A stretch of 64,000 bases of DNA from Octopus vulgaris (Eukaryota): NCBI GenBank assembly GCA_951406725.2, contig OX597831.1, forward strand, positions 62,558,001-62,622,000, given 5' to 3'. The translations under genes were made by a program, and so were the position numbers. The notes under the pieces were generated by a model. It was not told the origin of the DNA. It searched no databases and worked only from the letters and a program-made list of their open reading frames with translations. Positions 13,630 through 28,499 of the stretch are shown one piece after another (positions within the stretch are counted from its first letter, which is position 1; each line of letters opens with the position of its first letter).

Positions 13630-14031
13630 GTTTATTTTAATCTAGATATAGCAGATAATATGAGTTTTATCTAAATGCTGCTATACCAGCATTTATGTAG
13701 GCATATATGTAGTTACACTATATTCGTATGAATATATCTGTGAATGTATATTTATTGATTATATTTCGGTGCTAAATAAATGCAACGAATTCAAGAATAG
13801 ATTAAGTTAAAACTGCTTTGTCAGTTTGGAGAATTTAAATGATCTTTAGCTGATCTGATAAAAGCACTCACGTTAACTTTTTCGATGGTCATAACAGAAA
13901 GAAACGCAAGTGTGGACCTTACCCTTAAATGACCCACTTTTAAACACAGCTGACAGAAATTTCCTCGTGAAAAGCTATATCATTATCATTATTGGAACTC
14001 TCACAACCAAATCGTAATATAATCTGCTATA

Positions 14032-14455
14032 GGCGCAGGAGTAACTGTGTGGTAACTAGCTTGTTTACCAACCACATGGTTCCGGGTTCAGTCCCACTGC
14101 GTGGCACCTTGGGCAAGTGTCTTCTACTATAGCCTCGGGCCGACCAAAGCCTTGTGAGTGGATTTGGTAGACGGAAACTGAAAGAAGCCCGTTGTATATA
14201 TGCATATACATATATATATTTGTGTGTGTGTGTGTGTGTGTGTGCGTGTTTGTGTGTTTGTATTTGTCCTACAACATCGCTTGACAACCGGTGATAGTGT
14301 GTTTACGTCACCGTAACTTAGCGATTCGGCAAAAGAGACCAATAGAATAAGTACTAGGCGTACAAAGAATAAGTCCTGGGGTCGATTTCCTCGACTAAAG
14401 GTGGTGCTCCAGCATGGCCGTAGTCAAATGACTGAAACAAGTAAAAGAATAAAGT
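14032..14455 (+). mobile_element. SINE-A full-length copy
   Basis: Colinear with 3366-3790. Confidence 0.9.
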
Positions 14456-15749
14456 GAATAATGATATAGTATTGTTGGAGGGAAGAGTAAAGAGTAAAGC
14501 GTATACTTGACCAACATCTAGCTAACGACTTGGATTCTAGAAAATCAACCAAATTAGGTGGCCTTTAGGAAGTCTTCAACTGCGAACAAAGTGCAGAATA
14601 GAATTGAAGGTACCGAAAGAGTGAAATAATATGTAATTTTGTTGCTCAAACACCCAAGACATATTATTGGAAAAATACATTCTGGAGTCTTTTATTAAAT
14701 TTTGAGCACAACATGTCTGTACGTTATACAAGATCGTTAAAGAAAAATCATTCAAGTATATATAAAATCATTGAAGTTTATTTTCTTACATCTGAATGCA
14801 TTTTGAAAAGTACACGATAATATGATGACACTACAAAAAAAACAAAACAACTTAAATGTAAAATAATTCTTTATTGATCAATTTCCCAGAATTAAAGTGA
14901 AAGGAGTTTGAGAGATCTGACAATGGGAATGAAAAAGAAACGAGTGAGAAAATAGAACATTGCTGACGGCTGTGGTATAGATATAAGAATCAACAGTAAT
15001 ATAGTCTCGTGAATAATATAAAATCAACGGAAAATCTGATCATCAAATATTTTACAATATCTATTTAAGCAGTCTAGAAGGAGACGTACTGAATTGAATT
15101 AAGAATTGATTAATGAAAGATTATGTTTTATTGTTGTTCTGCAGACCTCCCGGAGATTTCTATTCAGAGAAAAAAATTATAATATTGCATATCAAATTAA
15201 ATATATAAATAACAATGCAAACGATGGCAAGTAAAATCAGACTATGACCGTTGTTATAGTTTGCAAATATAAGGGGAGGGATGAAAAAACTTCATATTTA
15301 CAATATGCATGAATACAATGGACCAAAGAATTAAATAAATCTGCATTCAATGAAGTTTAGTGATAACATTCAATTTTCTATTGAGAAATGGTAGAAATGC
15401 ATACAAGATAACTAAAATATTTTTTTTTAATGTGATGCTGACAGTAACATACCTTATCATTGTATAATCGTATACACATGCACACAGAAAAGTGTATAAC
15501 TTACAACTATCAAAAAAGTGAAAACCAAATATATTCTTCATTTTTTAGGCAAATGACTTATTATTTTTTGCTAAGCTTCAGTATATTTCCGTCGCACTAT
15601 TTTGGGTACGAGGTAGCAATTTACAGGTTTCATATCTCTTGCCTGTTTATAGGTATACAGAAACACGTAACTGTATGTACACATATCAATGGATCTTATA
15701 TATATGGAATCATATTCATGCTCTGATGAATACACACTCACACACACAC

Positions 15750-15827
<78 letters not shown>

Positions 15828-15952
15828 CGTTGCAATTTGATGAATATATCCACTCTACTGACAGATATACGAGTACAATTTTTTCAGACTTAGGGATTCT
15901 GAGACGGCTTACACACACATAGATATAAACATTTATATGTATAGATATAGAC

Positions 15953-16003
<51 letters not shown>

Positions 16004-16196
16004 TAGGTGAATGAATTATTCTAGCATGGAAAATTCGTTTAACCGATACCTGGGTAGCAAATTCACGTCGGAAAACACGGTTGAAGCGACCTGTCAAGGG
16101 TAGAAACTCCGGGTTCTTGTGTGGAAATTTGTGTGCTAGTTATATGAATAAATGAAAGAATGGAGTCGAACGAAGATTTTAACAAAATTCCTTTAC

Positions 16197-16275
16197 TCTC
16201 GACACATGTTTCGAAGACGGTATACTTTTAATTCCGAAGGAATAAATGGTGCATTATGCCATCTTCATAAGACGA
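16197..16275 (-). ncRNA. Degenerate type I hammerhead ribozyme motif (Penelope pseudo-LTR)
   Basis: Minus strand CTTATGA (one mismatch to CUGAUGA), stem II agatgg...ccgtct, then GAAAC-ATGT-GTC. Confidence 0.5.
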
Positions 16276-16734
16276 ACAAACTTTTTGATGATTGCCTACA
16301 TGGTGACCACAGTGATAATGAGTGTTTTTTTAAAAAATCCGTTATAAGCAATGACGTCAAAATTGGGTAGAAGGAGGGAGTAGTAAAAATAGGTAGGGAA
16401 AATATGTATGCTGTATGTATGGGGATGTGCGGGTGTGTGCTTGTGTTAATGAGTGCGAGTGTTTGTGTATGTGTATGAGTGTGTGTATATAACTGTATTT
16501 GTGTATGTGTGTGTGTGTTATTGTGTGTGTGTGGGAGACAAACGTCAAATATACTTAGTAGTAAGGTGTAAAATTTGTGTCTGTGTGTTTGATCGTGCGT
16601 GTTATAGAGAGGGAGAGAGAGATATATAAACATACGTCAAAGAAATTTAGTAGCAATGGAACATATAACGGAGCAGAAAGAAAGTTCGAAGGCATAGGAA
16701 AGAATTTGTCTACGGTAGTGGTGTGGACGTGAAG

Positions 16735-17760
16735 CTAATTGTTAAAACTAAAGTGGTTATCTATATTATTTATATGAGTGGTAAGTGTGTTTTGCCAATG
16801 CTTATATTTGTACGATTTTTTTATGAGTGTTTTTACTAGGGGAATCTTGGCGAAAAGGATATAAAAGAGTTCAGAATTACAAATGTTACAAAATTTTCTG
16901 CCCTTATCAAAAGGAAAGGATACAGACAATATAAACCAATCCAACTTGAAAGTTATATTGTTGTCTTTAAGACGCCAAACTAATTTACTCAGACCTGTAC
17001 TATGTCGTTTTTTCTTATCTCGGAAAGTCGAATAATGTTTGGAAATTCTCTTGGATAACTGAGACGTTGTCGTACCTATATAGTAGAAGACATCGGTACC
17101 GGAAATAATTCTACACTGGTAAATGGAATTCTTAACTTTGGAATTACTGGACAAAAATTTTAATCTGTTAGGGTTCTCCTCCGAGATCGAGACGGAGTTT
17201 TTATTGTTATGATTGTTGTTTTTATTACTACAAGCGTTAACAACTACACTATTTCTATTATTATTATTATTATTATTAATTGCACTACAACCAGCTATAT
17301 CCCCGACAATAGTACCGTTGTTGTTGTTACCATCAACATTCCCGTTGTTATCAACCCGACTAATACTATTATTAATATTACCATTGCTAACACTAACGCT
17401 GCTACGAATGCTGTTACTATCAATACTATTTAGATTATTATGATTGTATGATGGGTTGGAATTAGTAAGATTAATGTTGGAACCCCCGGGTGAAGAATCT
17501 TTGTTTAGCAGCTTGTTATTATGGGAAGCAATAATTTGCGAAAGATTCTTAGTGTTAGAGAATGCTATTCTTACCTTGTGTGAATTGATAATAAAACGAT
17601 ATCTAGAATTACTGGGAAAGTTCCTAGCAATGGCTTCACGGAACTGAAAGGGAAGGTTCGATTTGATTTGTTTTCCGAAAGGTATTACAAACTAGATACA
17701 GTTTTTTGTAGACTTTGAATTGTTCCTAGTGTTATTTATGACAGTAAGGGGAAAATTTCT
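16735..17760 (-). mobile_element. Penelope-like element 3' part: post-RT region, Asn-rich linker, C-terminal GIY-YIG endonuclease (pseudogenised)
   Basis: ORF 16735-17154 has SIY...YIG...R...H and LSKLVWRLK...CNIC; upstream minus-strand peptide KVRIAFSNTKNLSQIIASHNNKLL is typical of PLEs. Confidence 0.8.
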
Positions 17761-19610
17761 GTGTTGGAAATATACATATACATATACATACATGTATATA
17801 TCATACATTCTTACATACACACACACATACAAGCAGAAATACTCGGCTTTGCCCACGTTAAAGAGAATAATGAAATTTAAGATGGTCGTCTAGATTTCGC
17901 ACTTCCCAACCGCTACTACATGAGATACCAAGTTTGTACATTAGTAACTCTCTAAACCATGCCAGCATGGAACATAGACGTTAAGTGAAATGTTAAAAAA
18001 TTTGAAGTCTATAGGAATCTACTTTAGTGGTCATTCCTCTTATTAATTGTAATATAATTTTTAAATTTTCGGATTTCTTTTGAATATGCTAGACCACTTG
18101 TTTAAATTGATATTAATTAATTGATATCAATTTCTACGCTCATATAAAGTAAAATGTTCTTATAAAGTATGTTTTTATGTATACTTCACAATATATGGGC
18201 TTTGTTAAGAAGTGGTCATTACGAGCTAAATCGAACAATAAGGGAAATTATAGAAGGATCACATCTAGTTAATCAATACAAATTCCAAAGTATAATTTAA
18301 AACACACAACAAAATAAATGTGTATATGAATCAGTGAACAAGATTACATGTAAAAGTCATATGTGAAAACTATGCGTCATGTACTTTGGGTTCAGCTACC
18401 GAATTGAGGAGTGACAAATAAAGCGATAAAAATACAAGGTAAGGGCTTACAAAATGAACTGTTCGGATCGATTAAGAATTTGATATTTATACGAAATGTC
18501 TGATGAAAGTTCCAAATAGGTAGATAATTAGGTAGATAGATTTATATATATACAGATTCGGGTGAATTCGGTTAAAGGATATCTACGGCCGTTTCAGGGG
18601 TACAATAAACGTATAAATGGCGTTTTAAGTACTCCAAATACAGAAACATAATGCACCCTCTCATTAGTATGGTTTCCTTCGTGATGAAAGCCTACTTGGT
18701 AATAATTTGATAGAAATTGCCCTTCTAATTCGGTGTTTGGTACTGTCTTAAATGGCAATGAATTGTCCACAAAAATGACAACTTTTCCTCAGACGATTGA
18801 AGTTTTACAGCAGTATTGTACTAAAGCCATTCGCAAACGCACAAAATATTCCCGTCCTAATCCCGTCAATATTCTTTAAAATTTATTAAAAACATTACCG
18901 ATTTCATCAATGTTTCATACGGTATATATTTCGTTTAAACTGATGCAGGAATATACTTGGAAATGGTGGTGAGGAGAAAGGAAATTATATCTATGTATTT
19001 ATAGATAGAAAAGCTAAATCAGTTGAGCATCGTTCAATTCTGATAGAAGAAACTAATAAAAACTGGATTTAAATAAACAAAATATTCTACAACTTTACAC
19101 CAGAAATATCTGAAAGTTTCCCATTCCAGTACGTCGCAGCATCTACAATTTAACAAGAATATTTGTGTGCATTTCCGGTAGATGTTGTAAAAGTGTCAGT
19201 TATTCTCGGAAATCTTCGAATGAGCTGATGTAGTTTCCGTTTGGAAATGCCTTACAACAGACGGATATATAATATTCAGAGAGTAATTCCGAAATGTCAA
19301 TTATTTGATCAAACTACTGTGCAGAACGTAAGAGTTCTGAATGCTTCAGTTACAGCTAAAATTGATCGAACAGTTGATGTCATCTAAACTTCCCGACAAA
19401 CCCTGTATCGCAGTTATTATCTATTTTACTGTGCTAAAACCATAACCAGATTTCCGGTTGTGATAGTTTCGGTAATGTGTATCTAACAAATGCGTAAAGT
19501 GTAGGGACATACATGAGATGAAAGCATTACTCAAATGTACGCTACCACAGAAACAAATACTTATATGCACATCTGCAATACGTAGATACATACATACATA
19601 CGTGCATACA

Positions 19611-19646
<36 letters not shown>

Positions 19647-19737
19647 CTATATATACATACATACGTACGTATATAGATGCATGTGTGTGTGCATTTGTCT
19701 ATTTATATATATGCATGCATATGCATATATGTATGTT

Positions 19738-19781
<44 letters not shown>

Positions 19782-20884
19782 CATACATATATATACATAT
19801 ATACATATATATACATATATACATTGATATTTACACACACCACGTATGTATATATAAAACTATAAAAAATTTATAAATACTATGACATCGATCTTTATGT
19901 ATAAGTATCTATACGAAACGATATTAAGATAATCAGCATAGATATTGGAAGAGAATCAGAGATAGATCGATGGATGGTTAGCTAAAGAGATAGAGAGATG
20001 CATCGATCGATCGATAGATAGATAGATATATAGATAGATACTCACATATATTGCGCAACAAATATCTATGCAGATACATTTATTTAAAACAGTTTCCTTT
20101 GGGATATCTGCGTTTACATTTTAACATTGCCGTAACCTTCACGGCCTGACAATGCTGCAACACAGTCAATGCGTATATATATGTATACAGTGAGTGAGAA
20201 AATGATACATAGATAGATAGCTAGATAGATAGATAGACAGATATATGTGTATACATGGGTGTGTGTATGTATGTAGTTCTTTTTTTCTTACCTAGTTACC
20301 AAGGTACTTTTCACGACGGACTACTTATGCGCTTAAACGTTACGCATTCACACTGTGTACATCCTGACCATGATTTCCAGTGTGCAGTTCTACTAACATT
20401 CAAATATATTGTTATTATCATGCCCGAATCTAATGGAAACAAATCAGATAGTATTTTTTTATAGATGTTTGGTTGCATGCCATTCACCTTTCCATGAATG
20501 TTGTTGAAGCTCAATATAATGCGTTGCTTTTGATTGGGCGAAGTGTTTATCAATATCGTGAGTAAATCGGTTACTATGGATAAATCGATATAGTTATTGC
20601 AGCGAATCCACCCTCAGGGTAAGTACCCCTACCACACACGATATATCATATATTTAGCAGCTTCCTTTGCGTAGTTGTATGCATGCAAGCTTTCACTTAA
20701 AGACGCCTACAAACATGCATGACTATACTTCAAGTTACACAAATACGTATATAAGCACACTACCAGAAACGCAGGTTCATAGATTGTCGAACACAGGCTT
20801 TCCTTCTCCTTTGCACTTATGTTTATAAATAAATACCACCATATTATTTGTATCCGTTTATCTATTCTCGCCCACATCTTTCTC

Positions 20885-20946
<62 letters not shown>

Positions 20947-20966
20947 CACATAATTATATACATATG

Positions 20967-21010
<44 letters not shown>

Positions 21011-21165
21011 TATATTATACGGATATGTGTGAGAAGGAGAGAGAAATAGAGTGAGGGGGAGAGAGCGTATCTGTGCACAAATTGGAATAACGTTAAGATC
21101 AATGAACAGTGAATACTATTCATTATACATACATACGTACATATTATATACATATATATATATGC

Positions 21166-21272
<107 letters not shown>

Positions 21273-22531
21273 CATCAAAAACCAAGTGTATGAATGTAGG
21301 AAGATAGAGTAAAAGTGGCATCAGATGAGAAATAATGGTTTGTTGTATTAACGTCAAGTGAAAAATATACATAAATTTGGCATTTTTGTTTTAGTAGGTA
21401 AAATATTTACGACCGGAAACCGAAGTATATCAAAGAAAGTATAACGTGAAGTAAATTTTTATTTGTACAGGACAGGGTATGAAATGAATAGGGAACTACA
21501 AACACGTTTTCAAGCACGAAGTGTCAACTGTAAGCAAGATCAATTTTGCGAACGTGTTTTTCGTATTTTCTGTCACTTTTAGTTTGCTTATGTTGATGTT
21601 GTTTCTTGGACCCGGATCAGAATTAATCCCATAGATCTGAAATAAAATGTATTCAAGCTATTTCTTCTTAGAACATTTTGTCGCTCGTTTTTATATATCT
21701 TATAACTTGAACTTCGTCATTCAAAATGACGTTCCTTTACATTCTGGGGAAAAGCTGTCACTTTTGTGGACTATTCATTGCCATTTAAAACAGCAACCAA
21801 CCCCTCAAATGGTTCCTCAGCAGCTTGGTAGTATAATTGCCCCTTGCCCCCAAACCAGTCACGATCAAACGGACGTATTATGAAGATCTTTGCACAGTGT
21901 CCTTTTCTCTGTTTTAGCACACGTTTGCTCTGTGTTTTCCTCCTTTCCTAACACAATGTGGTGAGATTCAAGGAACGCTAGGCTACCATTTCTAGCATTT
22001 TGTGTAATCGAATAGATTGAATCTCTTTCTCTCGAACGTTTGGCCGATTATACGATGCCTACGTGTTTCGTGGGGTACCTGTAAGGGTCGGTTATTAATG
22101 AAATCAAAACAAATCCCATATATTTTTTAATGAAACGATTTAGAGGAAAGGTTTGAAGCTCAAATTGTTCCTGTATCTAATATGAAAGGAAGGAGGTGTG
22201 GGTACTTAGATATAGTTCAGAATATATGGAAAGCATGAAAGAGCTCAATTCTCCCCTATTCTGCCCCACAAAATTAAAAAAAAGCATCCAAATTAACTTC
22301 AATTTATTATGTTGAATGAAAATTTATAAACTTTAAAAGAAGACCTAGAGACTTCGAAACGGACAAATTCATGACGAATGAAGCAAATTTGATGCTCACT
22401 CGAGAGTACCCAGGTATAAAATGCTGGGTGCTGACTCAGATCATTGGAAGCTTAAGTCTTATAACAGAAAGCGTCAGAATAATAGCCAAATTTCGCCAGA
22501 GGTTTATTCTAATTTGTTTTCAATGATATAC

Positions 22532-22563
<32 letters not shown>

Positions 22564-23447
22564 ATCTGTGTGTGTTTGTGTAGCTTTGTGTGACTGTATG
22601 TGTGCGTGCGTTAGCCGCCGTCCCCAAATGTGTACATATGCTTATATGTATGGTGTAGGGATATATGTCCAATAGGGCCAATGCCTAAGCAAAAGACACC
22701 TGAATGCTCCCTAACTATCAACCCTCAAAGGTCAAAATTGGAGAGCAGTACACTTAACTGTATAGTATTGCTTTCTTTGCACTGCATCGTCTTCAGGATT
22801 ATGCTAATTCAAGCCACCTTAACTTGATTTGAACCATAGTTAGCATCTGATATGTGACACATTTTGCACCAGTACAGGAAACGAACTTTAGGTGGAAAGT
22901 GTGGGATTAGGGATGGAAAAGCTAAGTTTACTATAAAGAAATTTGTAGTGCACATCGTCAAGTTACAGGAAAACAAGAAGTAAAGGAAATAAATCCCGTG
23001 ACAATGAAATGATAGTGATGGAGCCCGGCAGAAGATACTATCAGAGATCTCAAGCTACAGCTTTGCACACAAGGGGATAAGAAGTAGATGGCCGTTCTGT
23101 GATACACATGTGTGTAATTTCATAGGTCGTGTCAAAAAAATATAACAGAAGTAAACAATAAAAAAGCAAGTCAAATATTTTTGTTTTTGTGTCAAACACC
23201 TTCAGGAGTGAAAACACATAAACGTTGTCTTCAAATTGAATAAAATGCTTGAACTTGTTAAAATTACGAATGTGGTCTTAAAAGTGTCTACGGTGACCAT
23301 GAAGGAATTATGCTACAGCAGTGAAATCATGCATGTGTTAATTTCAACACTTATTACTAAGTATATTCTCTCATTTTTCATAGGTAATTTGACATCTGAC
23401 TATTCAAAGAAAATTTCAAAAGTAACTAATAGCAACTAATCTTGAAA

Positions 23448-23595
23448 ATTGACAAAATTTGGTATCGTAATATTATCAAGTATTGGAAGAAAAAAGGGTT
23501 TCTCCGCCAAGGATATTCCTGATGACATGGTTGGTACATTAGCGAATGTCCCTTAGTGTTTAGCAACAGCTTAAGAATGGGCAGCTGAAGTTTTC
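23448..23595 (+). mobile_element. mariner transposase N-terminal (HTH) relic
   Basis: IDKIWYRNIIKYWKKKG / SAKDIPDDMVGTL...EWAAE with a frameshift and stops. Confidence 0.7.
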
Positions 23596-23696
23596 TAACT
23601 TGGATGATGTAGCATTCTGCTGTTTCGCTATAATTTCTGTTCTGTCAAATTTCTGTCTCTGTATACACACACACACACACACACACACAAATACAC

Positions 23697-23967
<271 letters not shown>

Positions 23968-24035
23968 CGAACAAAAGACCTGGTAATTCAATCCGCAAAC
24001 ATGACTCTGATTAGAGATGGATTTAAAGGACAATT

Positions 24036-24117
<82 letters not shown>

Positions 24118-24432
24118 ATTTCATTCGAAGCCTCACAGAAGCTGGCAGTGTTATTGTTTACCCTTGCCATATGTTAATATTAACATGGACACTAAGCTAC
24201 TGGTGTGATCGACAAATTACGCATTCGTTATTCATAGTATATAACAATGCAGCAATTCATGCGTTATACGATCAGATAGATGTCATTATTACGTGTTCAC
24301 ATAAGCTATCCGAGGGGAGATATTTCTCTCCAGACTATTTAGAGACACGGAAATCATGCCTCTGTTCAAATGTACTCGAACGAGTTTAGCATGATTTCAA
24401 ATATATATTTCTCTTTCTCTGCAAGAGTGAAT

Positions 24433-24562
<130 letters not shown>

Positions 24563-24734
24563 TGTGGTAAGATTCTCAAGAATTAATATAGTACCCAGTC
24601 AGTTAGGAGGGTAAATATATAACATAAGGTGGAAAATGCCTTAAGAAACACAGGTACCCAGGTTTCCCTGGTTGAAATGATAATTTACTTCACCATATAT
24701 TAAGTGTTTAAAAAGAAGGCAGGTTACGAAATGC

Positions 24735-24950
24735 GTACGATGCAATTGACGCTTCAAGAATCGAGCCCACTTACAAACAAGGCAGAGAGAAATTCAAGCG
24801 AGATAATTCTCTTTACAGTGAGTATAACTAAAAAAAATGATCTGGGAACTTAAAGACGAGAACATCCTCTAAAATCTGAAATAGAAGATCCCTTCACAGA
24901 AGGAATTCTATGTTAACGGATCAAACAGATGTTCTATATGTTCGCTTTTA
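24735..24950 (+). mobile_element. Penelope-like GIY-YIG C-terminal relic
   Basis: MIWELKDENIL*NLK*KIPSQKEFYVNGSNRCSICS from 24837 aligns with VWRLKDNNITFKLDWFILSVSFPFDKGRKFCNICN of the 16735 element. Confidence 0.65.
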
Positions 24951-24991
24951 AAAAACATAAAAACTGTACCTTTCAAAACACACACACACAC

Positions 24992-25065
<74 letters not shown>

Positions 25066-25070
<5 letters not shown>

Positions 25071-25240
25071 TTCCCCTTTCTGGATCTTTCCTTTTCCTAT
25101 GTTTCTGACGAAGAGCTCCGCTCGAAGCGTAAAACCCTCCTTCTTCCCTTCCTTCCTCAGCGTCCAATAATACTATATTTGTTCCACGTCCTCGCGTTGT
25201 TGTGTTTTCTCTTAGTTGTTTTCATGTTTGAATTAACTAT
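25066..25240 (+). mobile_element. HHR-bearing short repeat (PLE pseudo-LTR/retrozyme-like) with minimal type I hammerhead at 25101-25135
   Basis: gttt-CTGACGA-a-gagc-tcc-gctc-GAAG-CGT-A-aaac; the sister copy at ~23703 has intact GAAACGT; flanked by (TA)n. Confidence 0.75.
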
Positions 25241-25280
25241 ATATATACATATACAAGAGTTAAGGAATGAAGTAGATAAG

Positions 25281-25375
25281 ATCCGTGTTACATATGTTTC
25301 GTGGCGAGCGGAACCTCGGAAGTGGTAAATATCCAAGCGAGGTCTATACCGCAGGTTACTCTTCAGCCTAAGGAT
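25281..25375 (-). ncRNA. Type I hammerhead motif with long stem II
   Basis: Minus strand CTGAAGA (25366-25360), stem II containing gcgg/ccgc and gacctcg/cgaggtt, GAAAC-ATAT-GTA (25300-25289); stem I partly decayed. Confidence 0.55.
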
Positions 25376-25785
25376 ATTTTGATTTAAATCAAATAAAAAT
25401 TTATATTCCTTGTGTGTTAAAATTTACCTCCTAACGACACTGTAAACTTTCATTTAATCAAGATATATTTGGTTTGAGATTTGCCTATGGTTTACACTTT
25501 GCGAGGTTATTCACCACAATTAGAGTTTCCGCTCGCTATGAATCTTATGTAGCTCGGATCTTATTTACTCCGTTCCTTAACTGTTCTATTCTTATTCGCA
25601 TACCCGGCAAACCTGATTGTCTACTCTGAAATATTAAAAAAAATCCACAAGATTCCGTCTCGATAAACCACTATTTTCCCTGAAAGTTTTTTTCTTATAT
25701 TTACTACGGATGGCATGAAACTAACCTTCTTCCTTCACCTCGGTCATTGGAACTTGTATTCACATGCACATACACACATATATAA

Positions 25786-25839
<54 letters not shown>

Positions 25840-25855
25840 ATGTATGTTTGTATAC

Positions 25856-25911
<56 letters not shown>

Positions 25912-26632
25912 GCATGTATATATAGAGAATGTATGTATACATATAGAGAAAGAGAGGTAGAGAAGAAAAGTAACTAGAAAGAGATCGAGAGAGTGAATTG
26001 AAGAGAGAGGTACTTAGTTAAAGTTGATTTTTCTTTCTTTTACCTGTTACTTTTGTATTTGCTGTACGGTATTTCTTACGTAATTTAATTGCTACGACAT
26101 ACAATAAGCAATGTTTTGATGGAATATTGGCCATACCAAATATAAAATATAAATCAAGCTGAAATTTGAAATTCCCCTTTTATTATTTAATAACATTTGT
26201 TTTATATGCATTTCTCAAATTTCACTCGGTCGATACAAATAATAGTGGATTTATATTTTTCTTTATATATATTTCATACGTGAAGCAATAAATATTTAAC
26301 AACGAGCTGTATATTCTATTACAAATTTTTTTCAAAAAATGCACGAGTTCCTGAAATTGAACATTAAAACACATCTAATGCAGGGTTTTCTTTCTTCTGT
26401 TCTAAATTAAATTCTTCCCATACAAATTCGCATTCCTGTTATTACAAAGTAATGAATAGTTAGATACAGGGACAGTAAAATTGATACATTTAATTCCAGG
26501 GAAGACACTAATACATACGCAGATAGAAGAATATACATGCATGCTACAATATACTGTACTCGTCATGCGGAAATAGTATGAGAGCTAATGTGTGTGTCTG
26601 TGTGTAAACAAATAAGCATAGAAACATATATG

Positions 26633-26663
<31 letters not shown>

Positions 26664-26723
26664 GTACGTGTTTCTATATGTATAGAAACATACATATACA
26701 TACATATATGTACATCTTTATAC

Positions 26724-26783
<60 letters not shown>

Positions 26784-28011
26784 GTATATGTAAATGTATG
26801 TATGCATATATATATATATATAGAGATAGATGTATAAATATACATAGATAAGGATATATACACACACAAAAATATATATATACATACGTATATATATATA
26901 TATATACTGCTACATGGCATGCACAAGTATACGTAGATCAATACATACGGGCATACAGGCGGTTGCGTTTTTGTGTACGTGTGTTTTTTTATATGCGTGA
27001 ATGTGTGCAAGTAGATATATGAGGTTGTTGTTTTTCTATATGGGGAAATTGTATTTGTATCTTTGTATGTGCCACATTGCCATTGAAGATTCAAATTATT
27101 TTCTTTCATTTGAGATCAGTATCTTTCATAAAGCTGGAATAAAACCTGTGAAAATTTATTATAAGTTTACAGGAAATAGGAAATTATATGAGTAAATGAA
27201 GTAGAAAGGTAATCTGAATGCGTTTATAAACGTACTCTCTTAATATTACCTTCTCAACATCACAGAATATGGGAGATATTTCTCTCTTCACTTCATCTTC
27301 AGCTTTTAAATAATGAATCTTCAATGGAGCAAGTATAAGGGATGAAGCAATTTATTTATGCTAAAGCTTGACTTAAATTCGGGTACCAAATGGAGTGAGT
27401 AGGCGGAAAAAAGACCCTGAAATTGTATGAATCTTTTTCCTTTATACGCAGCCACGAACTTCTATTACTGTGTAGGTTTGAAACTAGATATATATATACA
27501 TTTTGCTTTTATTTCTCACCATTGCGCGCATTGTATGCCCTTCGGGGGACACAAGATTCCAAAAAGAAATAATATATTGGGAAACCTGCAATATTGTTGT
27601 CAATACATAGCATGTTAACATGACCTAGTTTTTACAGTATCAAACAAACAGCTAAATGCGTCAGCATTTTGTATATCCTTTCAATAACTTACTTTTTGTT
27701 AATAAAAGCTGAGCTCACATGAGCTGCCAAAATATACAAGAGATATATAGACATACTAATGTAGTAAGAATAGCATTCTACACTTGACTGTGATTTATTG
27801 AATTGTAAAGCTGAAAATCATTTCTCTCACGAGGAAGGCGGTTTTCTCTCTAGAACACCTTGTGCATATTTTTTTCGCTTAAACCATTATAGTTGCAGAG
27901 TATCACCAATGAAACAGACATTTAATATGTTGTCACAAGACAGGCTTTTTAAATATGACTTAAAATAGGTGTTTCTACCATACACATTTTATATACTTTT
28001 TATATCATATA

Positions 28012-28233
28012 TATGAGGGGGCGCTGAAAAGTTGCTGGGTGTAAGGTTTTTGTGAGAGGCGGGTTTGGAGGCCCAACCTCACCAGGTTTTTTACAGAGCT
28101 TAGAAAAACTGAAGGACCAATGCAATTAGTATGTCAATATGAGAGTTGAATATGTTGAATAAAATCATAATTAAGTGAACAACATGTATGTTTTTTTAAA
28201 GCAAAAACAGAAGCTGTTCAAGAAACCATCGTT
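28012..28233 (+). mobile_element. Internally deleted mariner element
   Basis: TA then tgagggggcgctgaaaagtt TIR-like start; transposase C-terminus LEKLKDQCN*YVNMRVEYVE*; decayed right end. Confidence 0.6.
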
Positions 28234-28350
28234 TCGTTATTTTTCCCTTATTGTGATCTTAATGTCATATTACCTAACCAGTCCCATCGTTCTACGTGTT
28301 CAAGTCCATAAATCTTTATGATTCCTGAAAGTAATCTCTCTCTCACTCCC

Positions 28351-28392
<42 letters not shown>

Positions 28393-28419
28393 AGTTATGT
28401 ATCTACATCTATATACACA

Positions 28420-28490
<71 letters not shown>

Positions 28491-28499
28491 GTGTTGTGT

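Noticed and set aside
17828-17990. Helitron-like 5' end and RTE-type SINE tail fragments
   Set aside because: Matches are under 40 nt and have no second copy in the window to confirm them.
18800-19520. Possible very old mariner relic (also ~6820-7130)
   Set aside because: Only faint peptide resemblance, with no intact WVPHEL/YSPDL motifs or TIRs.
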